Shown here: one piece after another, positions 38,755 through 51,497 of the stretch
Numbering within the stretch: the stretch's first letter is position 1
How the letters are laid out: every line of letters begins with the position of its first letter
DNA from: Octopus vulgaris
Taxonomy: Eukaryota
Reading direction: 5' to 3'
Assembly (NCBI GenBank): GCA_951406725.2
Contig: OX597816.1
Coordinates: 145,824,001 to 145,888,000, forward strand
DNA length: 64,000 bases
The notes under the pieces: model-generated
Databases searched by the model: none
Seen by the model: the letters and a program-made list of their open reading frames with translations, nothing else
What the model was told of the DNA's origin: nothing
Made by a program: the position numbers and the translations under genes

Positions 38755-39509
38755 AATCTAGATTTAGCAACTCAGTGAGTCTCGAACAATCGGCTGTCAA
38801 GATAAAATTCCACTATGAAAATAGTAGAACTGAATTATAGAACTAAATTTTAGAACCAAATTATCTGTAATAGATCAGGATATATGTAAAATTATTCACA
38901 AAACATCTACAAATATTGACCTTTTTCTAACAGTAAAAATCATTACGCTAGTATCATAGATAAGGATATGGGCAATCACTTGAAAGGCCGGATGGGTGCT
39001 TCGCTATTTTTTTATAGGGATAAAACGACTTTACTTTACTAAAGTTTCATAAGATCTGGTTGGATATCGAATTTCACTACATGTATTTTATCTTACCATC
39101 AATATCTGATTTTGGTGGGTAATAAAAGAAATCGATACTTAGGCACCTAGATTGTGGTTCAATAATTAAACATACCATATATTATTGCATTGCATCAGAA
39201 TGCAATTAACATTTTATTTGTCTGGGATGGATGCTAGCAATATCAAGAACTTGATGTAATCTACAGTATTTTATTTGTCTTACCTAACAATGATAAATCA
39301 GATGACAGTTCGAGATAAAATCATTATACATATAAATCATTACAATGTTTGAACAATTCTTAGCTTTTAATGAACAAGGGTTCACCAAATATATATTGCG
39401 ATTGTAGCAACTGGAAATTTAAGTTAGAATTTTATCTGTATATATTTAACTGAGTTAAAGCAATTCGAGAACGTGGGATCATTTCAAACTATATCTTGCA
39501 ATGATAATG

Positions 39510-39660
39510 ACGGCTTCAAGTTTTGGAACAAGGTCACTAATTTTTAGGAGAGGGGATAAATCGATTACATAAATCCCAGTGCTCAACTGGTAATTATTTT
39601 ATCAATACCGAGAGGATTATGGGTAAAGCCGACCTCGGCGGTATTTATGTAAACTTTCGG
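39510..39660 (-). mobile_element. Degenerate Meta-domain SINE
   Basis: cccagtgctcaactggtaattattttatc...gccgacctcggcgg. Confidence 0.7.
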
Positions 39661-40757
39661 AGGAAAGCCGTTCATGTTAACGTCGACATGTGTATAAATA
39701 AGTAACGTTTTTACCAGTAAAATGCATACGTACATTTTCAGTAATACGTACATAGTTTTCATTGCCAAGTAGATTGGGTATAATTAAACTTATATATCTT
39801 AGTATTGACAATATAGATATCTAATTATTTTTTAATTTTGTTAAAATAAATTATTTTTTCTGTTGCCTGTATTTTCGAGCTTTCAAAGTTTTTTTTACCT
39901 CAGCGTTACAATTGTAATTGACGGCAGGATTTGATTTGTCTTTTCAAGGAATTTGATACTAATTTCTTCCATTCAGTAGCAATATATTCTGTGCTGTTAA
40001 CGTTATCAAACGTAAGCAGGGCCAATATGTATTTTCTGAATTCTACCGTCTATGTGTTCATTTACTTGTGCATATGCTTTTATGATTATATGTATTTGTT
40101 CACAAACCGGCAATATTGTTAGATTTGTCACCTGCAATATCTTCCATGTAACCCGTTTTTGTCTTGCCACACTTAGCTACATTAAGAAGAATAACAGGTT
40201 GAATATCATGAAGTTATACGTAATTTTCAGAGGAGGACCGACGGGAATGACAGCGCTTCAGAAATAATAATTTCACTCCACTTACGCCATACATAATTTC
40301 TGTATTAACCTGCAAACAGTTTAATTTATCTAAGTAAATTTGAAGAAAACACCATGTTGAAATATAGGATTTGCAATGTACCGGTCCTTTGGTGATGGAA
40401 TAATGTCCTGCATTCTTGAGATATACATTGAAACAAGTATTCAAAGCTGGTGTCACGTTCAACAATAAGTATATATAATGATAGATTGATTTAAGCTACA
40501 AGAAACAGAATATCTCCAGAATGACATTAAGCATTGAATTGTATTAAATCACTAAAGAAATACCAGCAAACAAACTAAACGAACAAACCAAGCATCTTAC
40601 AATATACATTGTATAATATATAGTTTAATATGCGCTCTTCGATCTGGCATAAGTTCAAACATTTGATATGCCTCACAAATGAATGTATAATGCGTCGATA
40701 TTGATGTACAGGTTCACACAAACACATCAACACACGCACATATAGATTATGTATATA

Positions 40758-40891
<134 letters not shown>

Positions 40892-40932
40892 TTGTATGTA
40901 CGAATGTATGCATATATATATATATATATATA

Positions 40933-42037
40933 TATAATGATAAGAGTAAATAATTTCTATAAAGGCTTTTAAAAAAACCCCAATTATTTACTGGTAGAAT
41001 TCGGTATGTAAATATAGCCGATTACCGGCAGGAGCTTCTGTAAAGTTCAGTATATATATTGTATATAAGAAAAAGGGACAGGCAAAACAGGTTGCTTGAC
41101 CGCATACCGAAAAAATAGAAATAGCAGTCAAGAATGCTTATTTCTATCAAAGTTGGACTCCGGGCATGACAGACCCTGTAATTCACATATGCAAAACAGA
41201 AGGAATAGATAACGAATACGAAGTCTGGCGGTTATCTGTGAACATCATGTTTCTGGATTATAAACATATTGAATATATATTCCATATATTTTTGATATAT
41301 ATTTCATATATATTGCATATATATTTCACATCCTTCTTCAGCACAGCTTTCCATTGAAAAAGATTTATCATAGATTTATCAAATGCTACGTACCTCTTTT
41401 GCCTGTCCCTTTTTCTTATATACAATATATATACTGAACTTTACAGAAGCTCCTGCCGGTAATCGGCTATATTTACATACCGAATTCTACCAGTAAATAA
41501 TTGGGGTTTTTTTAAAAGCCTTTATAGAAATTATTTACTCTTATCATTATATTACTATTTGGATTTTTCACTCCCTTTGACAACCTAACTGTAATGCGCA
41601 TGGCAAAATTTTGGAGGGAAGATTTATGAATTCAAACGTCTATGTAGGTTTAGCCTTTGCTCACTTTCTTCAAATAGTTTGATGTCGCATGGTCAGAAGG
41701 TTTGAGGTACGTAGCATTTGATAAATCTATGATAAATATTTTTCAATGGAAAGCTGTGCTGAAGAAGGATGTGAAATATATATGCAATATATATGAAATA
41801 TATATCAAAAATATATGGAATATATATTCAATATGTTTATAATCCAGAAACATGATGTTCACAGATAACCGCCAGACTTCGTATTCGTTATCTATTCCTT
41901 CTGTTTTGCATATGTGAATTACAGGGTCTGTCATGCCCGGAGTCCAACTTTGATAGAAATAAGCATTCTTGACTGCTATTTCTATTTTTTCGGTATGCGG
42001 TCAAGCAACCTGTTTTGCCTGTCCCTTTTTCTTATAT

Positions 42038-42050
<13 letters not shown>
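40933..42050. mobile_element. Non-coding element with nested, near-perfect inverted duplications in (TA)n (PLE pseudo-LTR-like)
   Basis: 40933-41087 is the reverse complement of 41397-41550. About 41052-41396 is the reverse complement of 41704-42050. This explains the twin ORFs at 41166 and 41743. Confidence 0.75.
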
Positions 42051-42061
<11 letters not shown>

Positions 42062-42072
<11 letters not shown>

Positions 42073-42281
42073 GGGCTCAGTAAAATAATTAACTTTGCCA
42101 CATACTGAAATTTTTAGAAATAGCAGCCAAATTTCAGTATGTGGCAAAGTAAATTGTTTTACTGAGCCCTTAATTATATAAAGTAATATTTTGAATACGC
42201 CTTGAATGGTCCTTTTACATACTGAACACTACTTGGTGAAATTAATTAATAACTAATTGATTTTACCCTAAATTATTGATA

Positions 42282-42285
<4 letters not shown>
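42062..42285 (+). mobile_element. Second fold-back element in (TA)n: 52-bp arms, 15-nt loop, tail of about 105 bp
   Basis: Arms 42062-42113 and 42129-42180 with two mismatches. Confidence 0.7.
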
Positions 42286-42326
<41 letters not shown>

Positions 42327-42857
42327 TAAGCATATATATATATATAGAGAGAGAGAGAGCTTATATATATATATAAACTCTGTCAATATTTCTTTCGTAT
42401 TTCAAGCTGTAAATATTTGTTCAAACGAGGTGCATATATCGCATCATATTCTAGTGTATGTTGCCATCATCGTGGCAGAAGCTGAATTCCACGATTATAC
42501 TATTTGGTTGGCTTAAACCCCCCACCCCCCAAAAAAAATTACCTGTACCTCATCAACATTATTGACCCTCCGTCCATGTAGGAAATGAGCTGTGACAAGG
42601 AAAAGGTGGTAATCTGATGATGGTCGTCTGGACTTTAGGCAGTCTAAGTCAGTACTTCTTTGACCCAAAGGTTACTCGAGCTTGCCCTTGGTCAATATGG
42701 CTGTGTGTACGAGGGCATTGACATGCAGTAAGCGTGTGCGTCTTCGATTGAACAATGCTGGGTAGCGGGTCTTCAAATTATCATATGCTCAATTTAGTTT
42801 TTGAGAAAAGGGTAGCATTAACAGCATGACTATTTTGGACGAGTTCAACAGACGGAC

Positions 42858-42897
<40 letters not shown>

Positions 42898-43070
42898 ACA
42901 CACACACATATACTCATATATACCTAATATAATAAATGCTAAAAATCTAATTTCTGTGTGTCAGTGTAACACACGTTGATCCCCTCTCTCACTATACAAT
43001 GACATTCCTAGTATTCCTCATGATGGTGTGAGAGTAATAGTAGGCATAGATATGGTGAGGGTGGTGGCGA

Positions 43071-43111
<41 letters not shown>

Positions 43112-43319
43112 GAGAGAGAGTGAGAGAGAAAGCGAGGGAGAGAATGAGAGACAAAGAAATTTAGAGAGAGTTGATGATGTCTTATTAAAAGTAGTAGTGA
43201 TGATGGTGGCAGTGGAAGTAATAATAGAGAAAGAAAGAGGGAGTTGAAAGAAATTCCTGTTCCCAACATCCTGACCAGCATACTGAAAACTATTATTCTT
43301 TAATTATATTTTGCTTAGC

Positions 43320-43509
43320 ACCTTAAGGGGAAAAATGCTTTTAGTGATGACTGTACCCCACCCTGTTTTCATTATTTCCTCATCCTAAAAGAGGTCACCA
43401 CCGTTGAACTCATATCTCATGCCAATAGCTATACAATGGTAAAAAACTAAATAAGTGAATAAATGGTAAAACCCTTTCCCTCCCTCTCTCTAACTATCTA
43501 TCTATCTGC

Positions 43510-43591
<82 letters not shown>

Positions 43592-43640
43592 ATCTATCTA
43601 TCTATCTATCTCCATTGTCCTGGAACCTCACCCAAAAATT
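43320..43640 (+). repeat. Interspersed repeat with uninterrupted (TATC)n (empty-site paralogue of 31940-32880)
   Basis: Shared flanking blocks. (TATC)n at about 43495-43610. Confidence 0.7.
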
Positions 43641-43984
43641 AAACATCTATATCTTCTAACATAACACGCGCTTTATAACTTTGAGAGCGGAATGTGCTGG
43701 GACATTCATTAGTTTACATGTAATTTGTGAAATTTCTTCCTAAAGGTTAGTGCCATTCGACTCTCTAAAAAAGTTTTTTTAATTCTAACATTTGGAAAAA
43801 AGTTACTCTTCTAAATATCATAAATATTTTCAAAAGTAATTTCCAAAATAAACATTTTGAAACAATCTTTCCCTACGTAGTATAACTGTATCAAGGAATT
43901 AAACTATAACACGTGCTCCATAACGTCTAGAACTGTAATACGTATTGAACTCAGTCTCTCTTACTATATTACCTCTTATAACTC

Positions 43985-45025
43985 TCTACTATAAAAAAAA
44001 ATTAGTATTTTTTCAGATAGTAATAAAATTTGTCGGACTTATTTTCAAGCCGTCGGCCGTCGGAGCTATGGAAACTTAGCGCACTCCGATTGCATGAAAA
44101 TAGATTCGACTGATTTATTATTGCTTTAAAAAATACTAAAAAATACTAAATTTCAAACATTTTATGGTCAAATACTTTTAGAGCAATTCCAAGCCATAAA
44201 AATCGCACTTTAAAATAGTGTTTAGCGACAGTGGTGTAATTTTACTACAAACTACGAACAGGAGTTTCGATAGGTACCGGCTACTATAAATAATTGTTTG
44301 CAAGTACATCAAATTGTCTTTAAATTAAGTGGCGGCAGAAGAATTATCGTCGAAGTTTTAAAAGGCAAGTTTATTGTTGCCTATGTCATATGGCAGCGGT
44401 ACACTTCCCAAAAATAAATCTCCGTCAACAGAGGACTAGTTTGCAATCAAACGAGCAAAGGTTGCAGAGAGAAAAATAAAGACCCGTGAAAATGAAAATC
44501 TCGATCAAATGGCAGCCAGGAGAACTTCGATTGTGGAGAATATGCAAAGACTTAACGACTCTCAAACTCCTGAAAAGGCAGCATCCGAGAGAGCATCAAA
44601 TTCTCTTACCAAGAGCAGAGAAAGTGTATTAGAAACTTCTGAACAAGCTAAATCTATGAGAACTTCCAATGTAGCCAACATGAGAAGAGTAATAATAGAA
44701 ATAAGGAGACCTTCCAATGTTGTACAGCACTTTGCTGTACAACATTGATCAAGACAGAATGCAGTTCAGCTTGTGAAACTTATTCAATATGAAGCCATTC
44801 AAGTCTATTCCTCCCTACATATTGTAATTGTTGGAGAACTCCCAAAAATGCATCTATTGTGGAGCATTGAAGTTTAAGAATGAATCCCAAGGCGTCCGCT
44901 GCTCTAGTGGACAGATCAAACTCCAGGACTTTCCAGCTCCACCAGAACCACTCAAGTCATTGTTGGCTGGATCCACCAATGAGTCCCGGGTTTCCCGAAG
45001 AAAATTAGACGTACAACGATGCAAT
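43985..45025 (+). mobile_element. Helitron 5' fragment (start of RepHel ORF)
   Basis: Begins TCTACTATAAAA. ET.EQ..R-type repeats at 44470-44720. CIYCGALKFKNESQGVRCSSGQIKLQDFPAPPEPLKSLLAG matches the Helitron N-terminal Zn-finger region. Confidence 0.8.
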
Positions 45026-45417
45026 TATATATATATATAATACAGTATTACCATAGTTCGATGACTGCAATAGTAAAATAAAAAAGAAGCGAAAAAACTT
45101 CTAACCACTTTTTATAGTAGATGAATAATGATATTAAAAGCTTGTATAATATAATTAATTTATTATATTATTCCAGTTTCGCATCATTATTAATTTATTA
45201 AATTAAGAATGGTATTAATTTAACGAATTAATAATGATATTAATAAATTAAATTAATTATAACATTAATAACATTATCATTGGTTTATGAAATTTATAAC
45301 GGTATATTCATTTCGTATCACCAACAAAATTCATTATAAGGGCAAATGGATGTAATTTTCTAAATAATTATTTAGCAATGTCAGAAATTAATTATCAACA
45401 ACAACAACAACAACAAC

Positions 45418-45453
<36 letters not shown>

Positions 45454-45544
45454 TAACACTATATCATTTTTGAGGGAAGGAAAATCAGTTTCTTACTAAA
45501 AGTTTGAAAGTGTGGAATATATGCAACTGATAATCATTTGTCCT

Positions 45545-45950
45545 ATAGGCACAAGCCCTGATATGTTGTGGGAGGGTCCCTTCCCTTACATCTTAAACAG
45601 TATTTGACTGGTACTTATTCTATCGATTCCGAAATGATAGAGACAAAATCGACCTTGGTGGAACGTCAACTCAAAAGGTAGAGAGTAACGAATTGCTCTA
45701 AGCATTTTGTCCAGTATGCCAATGATTCTACTATTTTTATGCAAAGAATTATCGTTTCTAATATAGGAACAAAGGATGAAATTTTTGAGCGCGGAATTAG
45801 ACGATTAACTCGATAACAGTTCTCTAGAATAGTGCTTATTTTATCGATCCCGGAACGATAAACGATGAAGTCGACTTCTACGGAATTTTAACTGAGAACA
45901 CAAGAAACAACGAAAAGCCGCTAAGCATTTTCCCGACCTACTTAAACATT
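45545..45950 (-). mobile_element. Two tandem degenerate Meta-domain SINEs
   Basis: gactggtacttattctatcgattccgaaatgat...tcgaccttggtggaa, and ttatcgatcccggaacgat...gtcgacttctacggaatt. Confidence 0.65.
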
Positions 45951-45968
45951 CTATCACCTCACAGCATT

Positions 45969-46030
<62 letters not shown>

Positions 46031-46782
46031 TAATAATTCAATGGTAAGAAAAACCTCTCAATGGCAAGAAAAACCTCTCAATGGCAAATACGCAAAGAGA
46101 GCAAATAATGTCGATGTTGACATCACGATATTGGATTTTGTGCGTCGTCTAAAATAACAGCAACAACAACAACAACAACAATAATAATAATGATGATGAT
46201 GATAATAATAATAATGGTAATAAGCCATGACGGAGTACGAGGCAGTGGCTTTTATGGCTTTGATTTTAACAAATTCGAATGTTACCATGTACATTGTATT
46301 GGTATAAAAGATGGCCTACAGCAAATCTTCTGCTCAATACCACAGTTCTGTTTGTCAATTGTTTGACCTTAACTAGTTGATTATGCCCCTTAGTGGCTGT
46401 CAATATGTATATCTCTGATCCTGAGCAGAAATAGTGGGGGAGCATCATAGCCATGTGATGAGTGGAATTCTTTTGAGTTTGGATAATTCTCCTGTGGAAA
46501 CATGGGTGTTTCGTTCAAATTCCTTAAACAACCCTTATTCAGGAACTATTTGCAAGGGTTGTGCTACTCTACCTGAAGAGAATTCTAACAGACTCCCACC
46601 CGCAATGTCATGCGCTGTTTATCGTGATATGAAATCACTATCTTGCGCACATATAGTTGTGCTGCAGGTGCCTGGTGTACCCTTATCAGATGGGTAGTCA
46701 TGATGGGTATATCGGGCTTTGTATATTTTACCCCAGTGTCACTTTGAGGGCATGCACTACTCTCTCACTCAATAACAATAAC

Positions 46783-46814
<32 letters not shown>

Positions 46815-46850
46815 TAATAATAATAATAATAATAATAATGATAATAATAG

Positions 46851-47300
46851 TAATAGACTGGACCAAAAGCTATATATGGAAACTTGACAAAAAATCTCGA
46901 AAGTTTTTGACAATATATGTAACCTACCATCCAAAAGCTGATATCAATCGGCTGTACTTGAGGAAAGACCGGGTAGGAAGATGCTTAATAGCAGTAGAAG
47001 CATGTGTACAGATAGGAAAGGAAAAGTCTAGTAGAGTATTTACAGAGCAGCACAGAAAAATTACTAAAGACATTAAATAAAGAAAAGGTGATCAAGTGCT
47101 TAAAAGGAGAAAAAGACCAGAATGAAATTCAAAGAGAGAACATCAGACAGATTAAAGAGAAACATCCGCATGGTCAGTTTTGGAGAGCCACTAAAGGCGT
47201 ACGTGGAATAAAGTCCTAGGCCTGGCTAAAAAAGAGGCATTTAAAAAAACAATCCGTGCACCTAGTTGTAACAGCCCAAGATCAAGCAATAACAGCTGAA
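46851..47300 (+). mobile_element. Dong/R4-type fragment (post-RT region) directly after (AAT)n at 46771-46850
   Basis: YHPKADINRLYLRKDRVGRCLIAVE, HPHGQFWR, VTAQDQAI. Confidence 0.8.
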
Positions 47301-47919
47301 AACTTGTTGATACCTCAGGTTACCCGCTACCAACTTAAACCATACCAGGAATAAGATTGGATCTGAGTCAAACTAAATAATAATAACTTTAGATACCTTG
47401 GATTAACATAATTTCGATTTGAAAATAAAACATCTCTCTCTGAATAAATATAGCATTCGATCGATATATATTCTGCTGTGACATATTCAGCCCACATCGA
47501 CAATACATATGACAAAGTATTGCTGTTATCCTATCTCGATATATTTGCACACTATCATGCATGGTTAAACGAAAATTAGCACACAAAATATATGAATATC
47601 CACTTGGTATCAATACAATCATCAAGACCATAGTTTCTTCGGTCCAGGAACACATCCACCCAGATTAAAATAACAGAAATGGAATATGGAATATATTTCA
47701 GAAATATAAAAAAAGTTGTAAACAGCCACTTGAACGATAAGAACGCGTGCAACATATGTTACCGGTCGAATAATTTTGAATTCGGTTGTCTACATACAGG
47801 TTCCACCAATTTATTTAATTATAACTGAAACCTCACAGATGACCAATTAGAGCACAAACACAGCGTACCTATTCGTTTAAATCACCAGTGAACTAAACTG
47901 CTGATATTCCACACACACA

Positions 47920-47987
<68 letters not shown>

Positions 47988-48004
47988 TATGTATATATAT
48001 ATAT

Positions 48005-48225
48005 ATGACCCTTCTGTCCGGCACTAGTCGCCATGATAGATCGTTAGCCACTACACACATTTTTTCTCTTCTTGTTTCTCTCATTGTTTTTTCTGTGTCC
48101 CTTTCTGTAGAAGAGAGTAGCATCGAAACGTAAAAGACTTTTTCTATTTCTGAGCGTTATACTAATACATCTGTTTTGTACACCACCTGTCTTCCTCTTC
48201 TGTTTTTTTCGTAAACTCTCCCTAT
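48005..48225 (+). repeat. Interspersed repeat (probable PLE terminal remnant); related copy at about 4195-4310
   Basis: Shared gaga..tag.atcgaaa.gtaaaa...gagcgt.a.actaatac...ctgtcttc blocks. Confidence 0.5.
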
Positions 48226-48228
48226 ATA

Positions 48229-49456
48229 TCTTTATATATATAAAAGTGAGAATGTGTATATGTCTGTCTGTGTGTTTCCCTAAAACTTGAGAACTACCCA
48301 ATCAATTTCATTCAAATTTTACACATGCCTTACTTAGAATCGGGGGATTGTCATCGGCAAAAACAATTTTTACTTTTTGCCTAGGGCGAGCCCAAGGCAA
48401 TATCATATCATCGATACTACGATTCCCTAAATATTGAGAACTACACAACCAATTTCATTCAAATTTTACACATGACTTACTTAGGGTCCATGTAGTGTCA
48501 GTGTCATCTTGCCTAGAGCGAGCCCATACATGCCTTACGTAGAGTACGGGGAGTGTCATCGGCAAAAAAAAGTTCAACTTCTTGCCTAGAGCGAGCCCAT
48601 AGCAATATCATATCTTCTCCACTATTTTAATATTACGTGTTAAAAGTGAAACAAAAACATTTCTCTATTTCATGTCAGATACTTTCACTTTAACAATAAA
48701 AATAATAATAACGATTGAATTATATGTAGTAAGTAATAGTTAAAATCAAACTAAAGTATAATATAATCGTAACATAACAAAAGTAAAAATAGCAATTGGT
48801 ATAAAACTGCATCAATGACTTGAACTTGAATAAGTGGTTTCACATGAATGGTAATAAATTAAAAATAAAATTAACGTGCAGAAATGGAATAGTCCAGATG
48901 GATAATAAAAAATTAAATTAAAAAAAGACTATTGTTTATAAAGTATATAATGTAGAGAAAGAGTTGAACACATGGAGGAAAGCACCTTCGAAAAGTGTTT
49001 TGGTGCGACTATGAAAGATATCTAATCAGAGGCGGTAAATTCGCCACACTAGAAGCAAGTATCGAGTCAACGGAGTGTGCAAGGGAGTACTCGACTCGAA
49101 CTTGCACAGTAGAAATATTTTATTTTTACCTTTATATCTGGGACGTAGGACGTCCCGGAAAAAATTTAAAATCTCCCAACCCCAGAATTAGAGGTAGGCT
49201 GGATTGTAGCCACACTTCTACATAAGAGGGAGGACAAGATACAATTGATCGAAATTACAAGAGACGGGCTAACAATTCCAGTCTGTTATAAATTTTGAGT
49301 ATTGTCATCACTAGCGATATCAAGATATAACTTTGTATTTTGTATCTTATGTGTAGATGTATATATATAGATGTACATGTAATATGTACACATATATATA
49401 CACATATATACACGCACTAGCACTATGACCCGGCAACGACGGGTCTTTAATGCTAG
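48229..49456 (+). mobile_element. Complete non-autonomous Helitron
   Basis: A|TC 5' end (tctttatatatataaaa). 3' hairpin gacccg-gcaacga-cgggtc at 49427-49445, then CTAG|T at 49453-49457. Internal tandem duplications at 48285-48620. Confidence 0.9.
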
Positions 49457-49480
49457 TATATATATATATATATATATATA

Positions 49481-49642
49481 CGACGGATTTCTTTCAGTTT
49501 CCGTGTACCAAATCCACTAATAAGACTTTGGTCGGCCCGAGGCTATAGTAGAAGACACTTGCACAAGGTGCTACGCAGTGGGACTGAACCCGGAACCATG
49601 TGGTTGGGAAGCAAGCGTCTCACCACACAGCCACTTCTGAGC
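49481..49642 (-). mobile_element. CORE-type SINE, 5' half
   Basis: gaagacacttgcacaaggtgc...gggactgaacccggaaccatgtgg. Confidence 0.85.
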
Positions 49643-49655
49643 GTAAAAGCATGCG

Positions 49656-49710
49656 CTTCCATGCCAGGAATTGAAACCGGGCCGCCTGAGTGAAGACTAG
49701 TAAATCACTA
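49656..49710 (-). pseudogene. tRNA-Glu(TTC) pseudogene, 5'-truncated
   Basis: Minus strand ctagtcTTCactcaggcggcccggtttcaattcctggcatggaa versus metazoan tRNA-Glu CTGGTTTTCACCCAGGCGGCCCGGGTTCGACTCCCGGTATGGGA. D-arm and 5' acceptor strand are lost. Confidence 0.7.
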
Positions 49711-50556
49711 CTAAGCTTGAAATATAATTTTAAATATCTGCACTAAACCACTGTCCTTTGTGACCTTAGATTGATTGACCCTCCAGCCCCATTTTGCTGA
49801 AACTTTAAAGTTTGAGCTCTCACCCCGATGCAATACTGACATATCTTTACCATTATCTTCACTTTTATTTTACTTTTTATCTTTATTTTTATTTTTACCT
49901 TTTTACCCATATCTTATCTTTATTCCTCTCTCCTCCATCCCTCTCTCTTTTTCTCTTTCTCCTCTCTCTAACATATACTCTCACTCATAAAACCCATTTA
50001 TGTCTATCTTACTTTCTCGTTCTATATACACATTTACATACTATCTATCGCTTTAAAATGAATACATCATTCGAAATATTGCCAACATATCACCTGGATT
50101 TACCTTGGATTTTAACTAAGGACTTCATGGAAGTACCAACCAACACCCATATTCTCTGGAATAAGATGAGTTGTGAAGATTAACCTGTCGCCTGTATTCT
50201 ATCTTTACACTTTATTCTTTATAAACTGTGAATATATATTATTTCTTGTAAACGGCAAAATTTCATTGTCTAAAATATTCATGCCTTGTCTCTGATGACG
50301 GAATATTCAGTAAGAATTCAAATTCACCTTACCCTCATAAATTTATTCTAAACGACTTCAGATACTCGTTCTGCCTTGGTTTTACTTTTCCCTCTAATAA
50401 AATATATGCCTGCTATGAGGGAACCCTGATACCGATCCCTAGATACAGCCTCAGCCGTGAACTTGGATCCTAACGGACAACCAGCTATAGCACTTACCCA
50501 GCGTACCTATTCGTTTAGATCTCAAGTGAACTAAACCCCTCACATTCTCTCTCCTC

Positions 50557-50658
<102 letters not shown>

Positions 50659-51073
50659 TGTTTTTCCCTGTCCTGTCTTTTACTGTTTATATTTTTGTAC
50701 TGTCGTTACTGTCCTGTTTTTTTACCATTTTTTACCCCTCTGCGAAAAGATCTCAGAATTTTAATTGATTTGCTTTTCGCAGGAAGGAAAGTTTCTTGTC
50801 GAAGATACGTCTCGCTTTTATCCTTCGAAACGTAGAGTAGATGAAACCATAGCGACTGAAGAAGGGGTTTTTCTTTGTGTTAATTGTCCTGTACTCCATT
50901 TTTTGTTGTTTTTAAAAAAATGTCCAGTTCCTTTGGTTTGTGTCTATGTTTTCGTTTCTCTTTGTGTTCGACGTCCCTTTGGTGTCCTGTACTCATATAT
51001 GCGTGTATATGTACATGTAGAGGTAGGTACGTACATATATGTTTATATATATGCATATGTTTTATTTCATTTA

Positions 51074-51151
<78 letters not shown>

Positions 51152-51153
<2 letters not shown>

Positions 51154-51452
51154 ACCGTCACCGACCAGGCTATCAGATGTTGCTACACATCGCTGGTCAC
51201 AATGCGCTAAGTATTGTTGTAGCCTTCAAATGGTGCCACGCCGCTCGCTAAGGGAACAAGCCAAAAGAAGAAAGAGTGAGAGAAAGTTGTGGTGAAAGAG
51301 TACAGCAGGGATCGCCACCACGCCCTGCCGGAGCCTCATGGAGCTTTAGGTATTTTCGCTCAATAAACAATCACAATGCTTGGTCCGGTAATCGAAACTA
51401 CGATCCTACGATCACGAGTCCGCTGCCCTAACCACTGGGCCATTGCGTCTCC
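51152..51452 (-). mobile_element. tRNA-headed SINE (third family)
   Basis: Minus-strand head ggagacgcaatggcccagtggttagggcagcggactcgtgatcg...gtttcgattaccgg. Confidence 0.8.
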
Positions 51453-51456
51453 ACAA

Positions 51457-51497
<41 letters not shown>

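Noticed and set aside
41166-41934. Two identical 63-aa ORFs on opposite strands
   Set aside because: By-product of the inverted duplication, with no protein motif.
46250-46770. Complex sequence between AAT tracts that looks like an interspersed repeat
   Set aside because: Single copy in this window and no diagnostic terminus, so the family cannot be assigned.
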